Source of the DNA: Amoeboaphelidium protococcarum X5
Taxonomy: Eukaryota; Fungi; Aphelidiomycota
Direction: 5' to 3'
DNA: 64,000 nt
Assembly: GCA_023515725.1 (NCBI GenBank)
Contig: JALDTO010000098.1
Span: 1,266,164-1,330,163 of the forward strand
Position 1 is the first letter of the stretch. Each line of letters begins with the position of its first letter. Below, piece by piece: positions 51,714 through 64,000 of the stretch. Both the position numbers and the translations under genes were made by a program. The notes under the pieces are model-generated. The model did not search any database, was not told the origin of the DNA, and saw nothing but the letters and a program-made list of their open reading frames with translations.

Positions 51714-52090
51714 AACTTATATTGAATTCAGCGCGCTTCTCTTACTAATGATGATGATGAAAACGATCAAAAGCTGCAGTTTCACGATAAAACGATTGCA
51801 AAAATCGGTCGTGTATTAAAGGTGAATGAATCAAAGACTACAGCTCACTTGGTCAAAATAATAAAATAGCGTATTAAACAATATTATGAAATTTGACATA
51901 GAAACAGTGGAATTGAGATGAGATATTTGAAGATGCAATGTATCACGCACAGACAGGAAACGTCATAAGAATTGCTTAGGAAGGAAAATTCACGACATGA
52001 GTTGCGCGCAGGTTCGTTGCGCATAGTTTTCCTTTCTCGCACGAAAAAAAAAGATATCGCGAGAAAACCCACACGCGCACACAACTCACA

Positions 52091-53275
52091 ATGGACAACG
52101 ACAATGCCAAAGGGAACGACCAGAAGCTGCCGGCTGAGTAATAGGAATAGGCTGCTGCAGCGATAACTAGTACTAATGTGTTGCCGGAATAACTAATGCA
52201 GAATATGGCGCAATAACTCTTGGCTGGTAGTGTACCGTTCCCCTCTGTATCCCCTCAGGCTGTAATGTCCCCGCAGAGTGCGAGTGGAGTTAATATGCAG
52301 ACCGCTAATGTGATTGATCCAAACGTTGTCATTCCTGGCCTGAATGGTGTTCCATCTATGCCTGGAGCTCCTCAAATTCCGTTCGCTCCCAATTATCCAT
52401 ATGATATGAATATGCTCATGTATCAAATGCTTCAGCAAGGCTATAATCCAGGCGCGCTCCTCATGAATATGAATTTGGCTCAGCCATAGTAGTAGCAGCC
52501 GCCATTATAACAGCCTGCGCGCGGATCAAGTAAGAGAAAAGCTTCGAGCGGCGGTGCAGCATCCAAGAAAGCAAAACGCGTCGTCTACACAGGCAATGAG
52601 CCAGAGCTTAATCCACCTCTTTAGCCTGAGATGCCAGTCTGGGTGGTGAACAAGAAATTTGATCACTGGCCGGCTTGGTTGGTGGATATCAATCAGTTTG
52701 ATTAGTTGAAAGAGTACGAGAGACGTGATGCCTATTCACTTGTACACTTCTTTGGCACCAATGAATACTGCTACGTGCCAACAGAGTGTATTACTCCTTT
52801 ACTGACTCTGCACCCTAATTGGCGAGAGCGTAGCAAAAAGAGTAGGGCGAAGATTTTCATGAAGGCTGTTCAAGATGTACTTGGCTTTATTGGTGAAAGT
52901 TGTCAAGGGAATGAAGTTGCATCGCTAGAGATACAATCGCAAATACCAAAGACTAAGATCGTTCCAGATGGATGGGGAGAAGGACCAGATGCTGGCGATA
53001 TCAAAGTGTATAATGCTGATGGGGAGATGATCCACGGAGAACCTTTTAAACCACCTGCCGAACTTTACAAAATTAAGAGCAAGTCTGTTAGCGCCACCAA
53101 TGTCAGCGAAGTTGATGATAAAGACCTCGGCCCACAGTCAACGGACATCATCATTGAGCACCATAACTTCAAGCCATTGAAGAAGGTGGCGAATGACGGC
53201 TCAGTACAGAGTTTGAAGAAGCGAGAGAAGAAGATGAAAGTTCTACGTCATCTTGGTCTTATCAAGCTTGGGTGA
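52091..53275 (+). CDS. PWWP-domain protein with Q/P-rich N-terminus
   Basis: VWVVNKKFDHWPAWLV...LVHFFGTNEYCYV. Confidence 0.7.
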
Positions 53276-53418
53276 TTAATTGATTGATTGTCTTACTCTG
53301 CTCATCAAGGAGTGTGTTGTTTTCTATTGCTTATGTACCTTATATACAATTTGTACTGCTAAATATTATTTGCAATAAAATGAATTTTTAACTAATCAAC
53401 GTCTATCTATTATTATTT

Positions 53419-54114
53419 TCAATTATCAGACTATATGACTCCAACTTGAGCGGCACGTAGAACAATGCCATGTAGTTTATATCCCTTCATGGTCACAGTG
53501 AACACTGATCCCGGATCCTTGTGCTATTCATTAGGAGGCACCTAGAACATTGCCTGATGAACATTAGGATCGAATTTATCACCAACCACAGGTGAATATT
53601 ACTCTAATCCATTTCTCTTAAATACATGGAACATCTCATGCAGAGTCATCTTCAAGCCTTCATGAAGACTGAGCAGATGCTTCTTGGTATCCTCCGTACA
53701 CTTTCCATCCTTATCCAACTACTAATCAGGGACGGATTTTAGAGCCATTTCAAGAATATCCGGGATGGATAAAAGATCCTTGGCAAATGACTTTATAGCC
53801 AACTAATGCGCATGCTCCTTCTCACGACGCGTTCTCTCACGCAAATTCTCAGCATCGGCCAGTGCTCTCAAAAAGTTGTCTCTATTCTCTTTAACAGCCT
53901 TCTCCAGCTCTGTGATTTTGCCATTTAATTACGTGATTTGGTCCTCATTTTACGCAGGAGCAGCAGCAGCATCGGCAGCTTGATTGGCATTCCCTGCAGC
54001 ACTGGATTACTAATCGCTACTACCGCTAGTAGTGGCAGACATGAATCTGCCCATATATAATCTGTAGCTTCCAGATTTCGCAATCTATTTAGATAATTAT
54101 ACACTACGTAGCAT
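53419..54114 (-). CDS. MGE1: Mitochondrial GrpE nucleotide exchange factor
   Basis: RALADAENLRERT, FAKDLL, KFDPNVHQAMF, LHGIVLRAAQVGV. Confidence 0.92.
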
Positions 54115-54288
54115 CTTGATTAAAAAATTCGCTTCCCTGATTTAAAATACAGCAAGACTTTATTAAGAAATGACGATTTAAATTTTAAAAACTTTCGCCA
54201 ATCAACGATCAACCCTTGGCCCACCCAACGACCAAATTGGTAAAACTTATATCACTGGTTTAATACATTGAAAGATAGATAGAGAGGG

Positions 54289-55617
54289 ATGCTTAAAATT
54301 GCAAGACGCGCATAGAACGCTTTTGCCACGGCTAAGAGCAGTAATCAAGAGTCATTGAATGGTCTTCGAATGCTTTAGATATGCGGTAAACAATACGCGT
54401 GTGATGATTGGACCAACCTTCCAAGCTCTATATTGATCAAAGCTTAGCGTCCTATTAAATTGCACAACTCTTTGGATCATCCTCTCTAAGTTGTTAAAAA
54501 AAGGATTCAGAATGCTCTCATAAGTTCAGATACATGTAGTAAATACGCGATTCGAGACGAATTGGATCCTGTAGTCAGTGCCGTATAAAACTTTGATCAA
54601 CTTCTAGTCCCCACAGATCATGTATCGCGATCCAAGTCTGATACTTATTACGTGAATGAAAAGTATCTACTGAGAACTCATACCTCAGCTCACTAGTCTG
54701 AGCTTATATCTGAGTGCATCATGTCAGGATCTTATGACGGATTCTTGGCGGCTGCTGATGTCTACAGACGAGATGAGATTGATTCCGTTCATTATCCTGT
54801 ATTCCACCAGATGGAAGGAGTGAGATTATTTAAATCAGTGCAAGATGTAACTCGGGCCCTGTAATGTATATAAAACGTGGATTTAGAGACTGCATCATGC
54901 AATTAAGTAGAAAATCCTAGATAATCAGTACATGATCCAAAATTTTAACACATGGTGTCGGTGCATTTGAAAGCCACGATGGAGAGTGTGATGAAGTCGA
55001 TATTCTAGAATCCTAATCTACAATTTCGATGGATTGACACTTACTTCCCGTTCACCTCCCCTAGTTATGAGTTAGAGATCCTTTGGCATGGGAAATGGAT
55101 CGAAGTCTTAGGCTGTGGAGTAGTTAGAGATGAGATTATAAAGAATGTCGCATCGCCACACTAAATTTAGATAAACGATTACAATAACGGTATCGGATGG
55201 GCATTCGGAATCGGTCTTGAGCGTATTGCAATGATCTTGTTCAACATTCCTGACATCAGATTATTCTGGACTGATGACGAGAGATTCCACTCTTAATTCA
55301 AAGGCATTGACAATCGGAATATTCAATTTAATCCATACTCCAAGTATCCACCAGTGTATAAAGACGTGTCATTCTGGACTAACGCGCAGTTTCACGAGAA
55401 CGATTTCGCCGAGTTGGTTCGCGAATACGCTGACGATCTGGTGGAGAATGTGACTCTAATTGACAGCTTCACTCATCCCAAGAGTGGGCGTGAGAGTCGA
55501 TGTTACCGCGTGCTCTATCGATCTATGGAGAGAAATTTGCTGAACACTGAGATTGATACGATACAAGAGCAGGTGGTTAAAAATCTTAAAGATGTATTGA
55601 ATCTTGATATTCGGTGA
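54289..55617 (+). CDS. MSF1: Mitochondrial phenylalanyl-tRNA synthetase
   Basis: [48 protein letters not shown] and a C-terminal FDX-ACB domain. Confidence 0.93.
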
Positions 55618-55992
55618 TTTTCATTAAGTGAATGGTTTGAACTCTCTCGCTGGTTTACTTTTTTATCTCTCCTTTGTCAATTTATTGTCTCAGCGACTTT
55701 CGTGACACATCTCCAAGCATGAAGTCTCTTCAAAATAAATTTTTGGTACTGAATTACATAAATACCTCGCTGACCCCAATTAGAGATACAATCGAGATTT
55801 TCGCTCAATCTGAGTGCGATCATCGCGAGTTTTGCTCAATTTGAGTTTTTCGATCTCGCGGCCGCTCAGATTCGTTTCGTTTCGTTTCGGCTCAGATTCT
55901 TCTTTCTCTTCTCTCAGTCTCTCTCTCTGTCCAACCTGTGCAAAGTGATCACTCAGACATTGTATACAGTGTGAGTTATATATATTATTAAA

Positions 55993-57795
55993 ATGATGCC
56001 TTAAATGCACATGTAGTATGCTCCATAATAATATTAGGGGTAGCCTGTTGCATAGCACGGTTAGGTTCCTCAGTAGCATCCCGGATAAGCTGCCGTTCCG
56101 CATCCTTACATGTATCCTCCTGCTCATGCGGCGCAGCAAAGTTAGCAAGTACAGCCGCACATGTAACATTAGTAATCGTAGTAGTAGTAGTAGTAGTAAT
56201 AATAATAGTAGCAGTAGTAAGCTTAGTAGTAGTTTGCTGGCTCTCATATGCATCATTATTAGTAAAACTAGGCTATCCATCAGCATTAGTAGCCGTAATA
56301 GTAATAGTAATTGGCTCATCATCATCAGTAGTAGTAAAAGTAGCAAGAGCAGTAAATTGTTCATCAGGCTATGCATTAGAAGTTGGTGCAGATGAATGAG
56401 AGCTCTTGGATTCTGCTTGGAAACCTGGCGGAGACTCTTGGTGAGGCTGACAGAGCATTGGTGTGCTTTGAGAATGCTCTGCGTCACAATCCTTACTCTA
56501 TTCATGCTCTTTCTCAAGTGGCTTATCTGTAGTAGCATAAAGAGCGTTATCATCAGTCGATTGAGTATTTTCAGAGGGTGCTGAATGTGGAGCAGAGTAA
56601 CGGCGAAGTATGGGCATCTCTTGGACAATGTTACCTGGCCGTGGAAGATCTGGGCAAGGCTTACAATTCGTTCCAGCAGGCGCTGTATTATCTGCAGAAT
56701 CCAAAGAGTGCCAAGCTGTGGTTCAATATTGGTCTGTTGTATGATCGCTATTACTCTTTTGATCACGCAGAGGAAGCGTTTACTTCTGTACTCAAGATTG
56801 ACCCTCAGTATGAAGCGTAAGGAGAAGTGTACTTCAAGTTGGGCTAAATTTATATGAATCAGCAAAAGTTTGAAAAGAGTCTTCAGTGCTTCAATCACCT
56901 ATTATCGAACAAGGCGTTGATTAAGTCGCCGTTAAAAGATACGGACGTTAAATTGCAGATTGGACACATTTATGAAGTGTAGAAAAATTTGAGTAAAGCC
57001 AAGGAGATTTATCATTCGCTTTATGCTGAACATCCTGATGATCCAAAGTTATTGCAATAGTTTGGCTGGCTTTCTGCTTAGAACAATACAGACTTTTATG
57101 ACTTGGACAAGGCTGTGAGTTTATTACAAAAGTCTGCAGAACTGGATGCCTCTGATGCTCTTACTCATTACCTGCTGGGAAGATGTTACATGTAGTAGTA
57201 AAAGTATAACCATGCGTACGATAGTTATCAATAGGCTGTGTACCGTGATAGTAGGAATGCAATTTTCTGGTGCTCTATCGGTGTTTTGTATTATCAAATC
57301 TATCAGTACCGTGATGCGTTAGATGCTTACACTAGGGCCATTCGCTTGAATCCGTACATAAGTGAGGTGTGGTATAATCTGGGTATATTGTATGAAAGCT
57401 GTAACAATCAAATCCGCGATGCTCTGGATGCGTACTAAAGAGCGGCCGATATGGATTAGAAGAACACTCTGATCCGTGACCGTCTCACCTATCTGAAGCA
57501 GTTGTAGAGTAGTGGTGGTGGCTCAGGACAGGTTCAGTAGCCCGGAGAAAGTGCAATTAAACCACCGCCAGCAGTTGAAATTGATCCTCTTACGTATCGT
57601 CCATAACAGCCTGCTGATGGTGATAAGCGTGCAGTTGGAAAGATGCGCGGTTTTGATGAGTAGAATACTGGTAATAATGGCAGTAGTGGAGGTTAGTCAT
57701 CCCATCCACATGTTGCTCCTGTGAATTTGAGTCAGTAGTAATAGAAAGAACAAATTTAACAAGGTTCAGCCTAATAAGATGAGAGGTAAAAATGA
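55993..57795 (+). CDS. CYC8: General transcriptional corepressor Cyc8/Ssn6 (TPR) with polyQ N-terminus
   Basis: AYDSYQQAVYRDSRNAIFWCSIGVLYYQIYQYRDALDAYTRAIRLNPYISEVWYNLG. The polyQ is encoded by TAG/TAA runs. Confidence 0.92.
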
Positions 57796-57936
57796 AGTTT
57801 TAAATCTCTGTAAATTGACTATAATGAATCTTTATGAATAGTTTGAATTGAATATAAAATGTTTGGTTTCAGATGATGATTTTAACAGTCGATTTTAACA
57901 GTCGATTTATACAGTATGTATTGATTAAATTTACAA

Positions 57937-59106
57937 TCATTAGTTGGACTAAACACCTTATCGCTGCTGTTACTACTTTTAAGATTATAGCCTCAGCTCA
58001 ATCTCACGTTGAGCCAGCGCACGTCTCCGATCAGCTTCACTCTGTGGTGGCTATTAATGCTTTAACTTTGACGGAGATGGATTCTTCAGAGGCGACGTTT
58101 ATTATTGAGGCTACTAAAGCTATTACTACTACTACTGTTACTAATAGTAAGTATTGGATTAATTCGCATTGACTGAGTTAACAATCTAGATGGGAGAGTT
58201 AAATGCACCACCAGACTATTGAGAGTGAGGCAACTCTTGATCGACACGTCGAGGTATTAACACTGAAGATTTAGACGCTAATTTATAAAGAGCATCCACT
58301 ATATACTTGGTATATTTATGAGTAGATTGAGGGAGAAATGACATGAAAGCAAAGTGATCCACACCGCCATCGATCAATGTATTAACTCTGACAGAACTTT
58401 AGAATCGCAGGTAGTACCACGAACTAAAAACAGCTATCGTGCTCGATAAGGCAATATTTTAGAAATTACGCAGCGGTAAAAGTATCGACCAAAAGGACAC
58501 AGAGTCCACCAACAGCCATTTATCCTAAAATCTTAGTGCTGACGTGATCAATGCAAAAACACCAAGCGCAGAAGTATAATACAGCCATAGATCTGAATAT
58601 TAGACGGTAAGCGATAGTTGAGGCATTTTTACAACTTGATTCGGTTCGAGGTACTTTAAGGCTACCATGTACGCACTAAGAATCGGCCACTGACCATAAA
58701 TCATGGTGTCATACCAGTACAGAACATTACCACCGGCAGCCGCAGTGATGATCAATTGACAAAGTAGAACCAGATAGGTAATTATCGTTGAAGTCGCGAC
58801 AGTGAAAGTAATCAACCTAACAAACTCCACTGAACCTAATTATCTCTCTAGTTGCTGTCCTACTGACAAAGTCACAGCAATATTAATAAAGAACATAATT
58901 AAAGACGGTTCTATAAGACTGCTGGTAAATATTCGCCAAACTTATGCAGGATTCGCTGGTAGAAATGCCAAAAATCTAACCAGCGTTACTGCTCCTAGAG
59001 CATACATAATCAAATTGAGTAGATGCAAAGTAGCTTGCGCACCCGCCAAATACTTTGTACACTGCGGTAACCTCTTTACATACTCTATAAACGATTTAAA
59101 ATTCAT
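57937..59106 (-). CDS. TMEM115/DUF1751-like Golgi membrane protein
   Basis: VWRIFTSSLIE, LERQLGSVEF and multiple TM segments; C-terminal EADRRRALAQREIELRL. Confidence 0.75.
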
Positions 59107-59277
59107 TTAATTTATTTAATCTACTTTAAACGACTTTGTTATTCTTCACAGTAGACGACTAGATGGAAACTTCCAAGAATTTATGAAAAAGAGACTTGCG
59201 CCAAAGCGTTTCTTTCAGTGAAAAATCTCAACGCTTGAATTTTCGCTGGTGAACAATCGGTGCAGCGTTGGAATACC

Positions 59278-60285
59278 ATGACAGTATCGAGAGCATATTC
59301 GCATGTACCAGTTTTATTGAATGAAGTAATGTAGTGCTTGAATCAACTAAAATCTATCAATATTGTATGTGATATGACATTTGGATACGGTGGATACTCT
59401 AGCGAAGTTTTGACGCGATTTCCGTCCAGTCGCGTATTTGCAATCGATAGAGATCCATTGGCTGTTGATAGAGGTTAATAACTAGCATCTAAGTACTAGG
59501 AATAAAGATTAATTGTGCGGTAATCGAAATTCAGTAATCTACTTAATGTCTTGCCTACGGATGTAAATGGCAGCGTTGATGCGATCGTATTCGATCTTGG
59601 TGTCTCATCAATGCAGGTAGTTTGATTTGACTTATGAGATATCATTAAATATTTTGCCGCGTTATATCTTTGTAGATTGATGATCCATAGCGAGGATTTT
59701 CGTACAAGAAGGATGGACCGCTTGATATGAGAATGTCTAGTTCTTCCACTGGGGGAACATCAGCGGCAGAACTGGTCAATTTCGCTCCTAAACACGAACT
59801 GGCGCGCATCATCAAGGAGGTATTATAATATCCGAACACTATGGGATTTTAATTCGTCATTTTGATTGTAGTTTGGTGAAGAAAGAATGGCTGATAAGAT
59901 TGCCTAATAGATTGACCTTGAGCGATCACGAAGATAAATTGTTTCAACTTTCGATTTGGCTCGAGTAATTGAGTAAAGTGTGCCGCGGTAATCCAGTTAA
60001 AAATCTGTAAGTCGCGTATTCTAAGCGTTGCGTATGGCAGTAAATGAAGAGTTGACTGAGTTGCAAGCGGGATTGAGTCTTAGTAAGCATGTATTACGAC
60101 CAGGAGGCATGCTGATTTGCGTGTCTTTCCACTCTCTTGAAGACAGAGTGGTAAAGAATTTCATAAAACGATCACTGGCTGATTTCTCGATCATCACCAA
60201 GAAGCCGATCCTCCCATCGCATGAAGAAGTACAGACGAATCCTCGTTCGCGCAGTGCCAAATTAAGGGCGGCTATAAAGTGCTGA
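59278..60285 (+). CDS. METTL15: rRNA m4C methyltransferase RsmH/METTL15; introns 59617-59675 and 59820-59871
   Basis: [25 protein letters not shown]|[31 protein letters not shown]. Confidence 0.9.
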
Positions 60286-60344
60286 ACTTGACATGACGGT
60301 CATATGTCCTACTATGCAGTCAGTTGTATATATAAATACATTTA

Positions 60345-60974
60345 TCAATTTAATTATTTCAAACAACTTTTCAGACATTCGTATATGATATTTGACAGCG
60401 TTTGAATCGAATGAGGACGATCTTCTTCAGGAACATGGATGAACAAAGCTTTGGATTGAGGCATCAAAGTCAATGCTTTGTAATAGCTGTAGTTGCATAA
60501 GTATCTCCCAGGGTCTTTACTTAATTCGACTTCTATATTTAAAGCAGTCTTGACGTGATTTTAAATTAAAGATACCGATAGCTAAGTAGAGAGAATGTTT
60601 CCAACTTGATCTCTGTTATTTACCACTTTATCAATCGGTTCTTGACCGTCAACATCCAAGCCCTTGACTTCGTTATAAGCTTATTACTCGAGTCTGACTT
60701 GATCGCTTTTACCAGCTACTCCAACGTGAACAATGATCAAGGGATATGGGCTGTGGTTAACAGAAGGCTATAATTTAAGCAATTAATTTGCGTATAGATC
60801 ATCAACTGTTTTGTAAGAGACGCGAAGTTCAAGTTTTACCACATCCACATTACGGCTGCCATCTTCACCCTCGCCTATTACGACTGCAGATGGTAGCTCT
60901 TTGACCGCCTTTGTACTTGGATTATCAGGATGATTCTCAAAAGCCGAGAATCCTGTAACTAGAATCCAATCCAT
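60345..60974 (-). CDS. Pyroglutamyl peptidase I (C15)
   Basis: ILVTGFSAF..NPS, IVHVGV, RLE, DPGRYLCNY and FIHVP motifs. Confidence 0.88.
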
Positions 60975-61182
60975 TGATTAACCTTGAAACTTTACGAAAA
61001 GGCGAATTAGATTTAAGCTTTATTCGTAGATTGAAGTCTGGCGAACCTCTGTTCACTTATAACTTTAAATCAATTATCTAAATCTTAAAATCGACAAAGA
61101 TCAGTGGAAATTGCAACTATAAATATCAAACATCTTCATAATTATTCATTCACGTCGTCAATTTCAACAATCATATTCATCA

Positions 61183-64000
61183 TCATTGTTACTGAAAGCT
61201 CATACTCTTCATACTATCCACCAGGTTCTACTTGTCGATGGATCCAAGTACATTCAAAGCCTCGCTGGTCAATCTTGTGATAAGAGCAGTGGACTCGATA
61301 AACTTGCCCAAATCAATAATACCGCTCTTGACTCCTTGCAAAGACACGCCAGATTGAGCCACCATGTACTCAAAGAATCTCAGGAAATCAAAAGCTTCAA
61401 AACGCTTCGACTGATTAAAACAATGGATCAACGTAGTGCCAGCATAGAGAGGACTATCTCCGAAAAGATCACGATTAGTATACTCATTATCGCTGGGAGG
61501 AGGAATAGCATATGCAAACAGTAATCCACTCCATAAACGATAAAACTCCTCAGAATGTTCGATTGGTAAATCATCATTTGCGACTTAAGGCTCCCATTGT
61601 GGCCTAATCTCAACTAGCAACAACTTCAACTTTTCCAAATACAACTTCAACATACTAGGTATACGAGTAGATTTTGTAGCATTGTGACAATTATCAGCTT
61701 GTTCAGCAAAAGACCATACCATGTTTCTTCCATTCAATAACTTCTCCGCTTCAGTGATCACATTCTTTGCAACAAGCTTCGGATCGGCTTTACCCTCCAT
61801 CGTGCCGCAGACTTCTCCTACCAAATCTCCGTACTATACAACAGATGAAGCTGCATCATTGGCAATTACAACATCCATTAGCATAAAGAACAGCACATAA
61901 TTACCAACCTCTCTGAACACCTAAAACACCCCAGATCTCAAATCTCTGTAACTAATAAGCGGCTTCAAAATAAGGGAGAAGTAATCAAACGCTCCCTGTG
62001 GACCATACTCAAATGGTGGCAATTTAGTAGAGTGAGGCATACCTTTCATCAGAGCTTACACATAAGGTGTAACGTTCAACTTTAGTATTAAATCTGTACT
62101 ACGAGCCATCTCTCCGACAATTACTCCCAAATGCTTAGCACCAATAATTCTATACAAAGCTTCAAAGTGAGGTACACCAATAAAATCTTTATACAACTGG
62201 CAAATTGCATTATGAGCCTAAAACAATTGCTTAGAACCACACAAATACATCGGCAACGTCTTTGGAAGGGGAGGACGCTGACTCTCGGAAGCTACAGACA
62301 GAGGAGTTCTAACAAAACGACCAGTGAAGGAATTATAACAGTAGTTGGTTGTAAAGTCATTCAAAAGCTCCTGAATTGAATGAGCAACAATACGGCCATT
62401 AAAAGTGACAAGACTAGTCTCTTCATCCACCTCTGCCATAAAACTCTCAAACGGCTCCAGCACCATAAATTAGCTCAAGAGCTTGTGAGTGTATTTGTTG
62501 TGCTGAATAAGACGCTCCAACTCGATGACGCTGCAAAATTCAGATGCTTCATATCTAGACACAGCAACATCTAAGCTCTACCTTAGATGAATCTCACAAT
62601 GCTGAGCTACTAACTTTGAAATATTAATATGGCGGCCGAGCAACTGGAAAGTTTTCTACTACAAAACTGTCCCATAAGGAATATCTACAAAATCGAAGCG
62701 ATCATCGACAGCCATCAATTTGTCTGAGGCGGCCTTTTTAAAAGCAGTATCGAGTAGCAGGGACGAGGCCTCAATCTTGAAATGAGTGAATACTTTCTGT
62801 GCCATTTTCCATATAAACTAATCAAAGCACAGATTCAACTCGGCCTCCAGCTCATCATACAGAAATCTAGAACGCAAATGATGCAACGCACGGTTGGCAG
62901 CATCGTTATATATCTCAAGAGGATACATGAGATATTCCACAAGATCAGGACTTTCACTATCGAGCACAGTCTCGGCCAGAATCCAAGGAAGAGACATTTC
63001 AATAGGAAACTAAATCTATTTCGTCACTTCCAAGTAAAACTCTTTGTACCACAGCTCGGACATGTCAGAGCATTCCAAAACGCATTAATCAAAATTTAGC
63101 ATTGCAGCAAAGGAATGGGTTCTACTAACAAAATCAGAAACATCCTGCACATGCTAATCCTTAAAATCCTTTTCCTTCAGGAAACCACCTTGCATCCCCT
63201 TGGATCTTTCGTTGATTAGAGATTCCAGAAGACTACTCACATAATGGATCTAAGTGAGAGATGCCACAAGCATTTTACCATTCAGACCTCCAACAACAAA
63301 TGAAGGCATCTGATTTCCAAGCTGCGACACTCCACCGGTCTGAGGAAGTGGAGAAGGCTTCTTGACGCCCTCTTCCAGAACATCTTGATCGAAACGATCG
63401 TTCAAGATGCTATATAACGACTACAAAATATTCAAAGAAGGCTTCTTCTTCTTTTACAAGTGCTGAACCATGTCTTTTAGTGTCGTCCTAATAAATGATT
63501 GGATACACAAGTAGACATGCTTGTAAATGCACTCGGTAAATGACACACCAGATGATTATTCCAAAAACATACCAGCCAGAGACTTAATCATCCCAATACA
63601 CTCAACAAGGGCACATCTCTCCTCGACGCTGTAGTTGTAACGCACGGCCAACTCATAAAGGGACGCATCTTCTGGAATACTTTTATTAGAAGCAGCACTC
63701 ACTGGATTCGCAAACTTCCAAGCACTCTACTCCAAGACTTTAGATGTCCAGTCTGACATCAATTAAACTCCTTTCAGAGCCAGCGAATAGATAGAATGAA
63801 CTTCAGATTCAGGAAATACTCTCATGTGTGCTTGACAAGCCAAAACTTGAGACTACGTAGCCTTGAGTTGTATAACAAAGTCAAAATACGTTGACCGGAT
63901 AGAGTCGATCTAATTCAAAAGACTGTACGAACTAACCAGAATCGCATCATTGGGGTCATGTTCAAACTTTAAAGAGGCCAATCTAGGAGTTTTTACAAAG
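61183..64000 (-). CDS. CYFIP: CYFIP/Sra1/PIR121 WAVE-complex subunit, 3' part; continues beyond the window
   Basis: [54 protein letters not shown]. Confidence 0.9.

Noticed and set aside
55780-56898. 372-aa minus-strand poly-Leu ORF
   Set aside because: It is the antisense shadow of CYC8; TAG/TAA/CAG runs read as Leu on the opposite strand.
57873-58172. 99-aa plus-strand ORF
   Set aside because: It is antisense to the Q-rich tail of the TMEM115-like gene.
1-64000. Mass pseudogenisation as the explanation for the in-frame stops
   Set aside because: Only TAA/TAG interrupt frames, often at conserved Gln positions; frames are otherwise intact and end in TGA.

Overview
A gene-dense, intron-poor eukaryotic window. 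Its genes read through only if TAA/TAG = Gln and TGA is the sole stop (translation table 6), which is why the supplied ORF track is fragmented. Chitin synthase, CYC8 and YHM2 occur together with CYFIP, LRRC45 and a Flightless-like gene. With the recoding, this points (inference) to an aphelid such as Amoeboaphelidium protococcarum. About 30 host genes were reconstructed by hand. Three things stand out. (1) A ~3.7 kb replicon-like insertion (42031-45767) splits a PIP-kinase gene whose two halves rejoin in frame. It has a perfect 48-bp palindrome at the left end, a nested inverted-repeat/iteron region, an intact Prim-Pol/D5-SF3 primase-helicase, a small wHTH-like ORF, and a NUMOD4/HNH ORF cut off by a telomere-like (TTAGGGCAGGG)n tract. 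All of its ORFs use the host's code. (2) An intact 728-aa Fanzor2/TnpB-like nuclease (14861-17047) keeps its RuvC triad but has lost its zinc-finger cysteines. (3) A mitoribosomal uL16m domain is nested inside a degenerate MnmE/MSS1 GTPase (27342-29105). All calls come from manual translation and motif recognition; no database searches were run.
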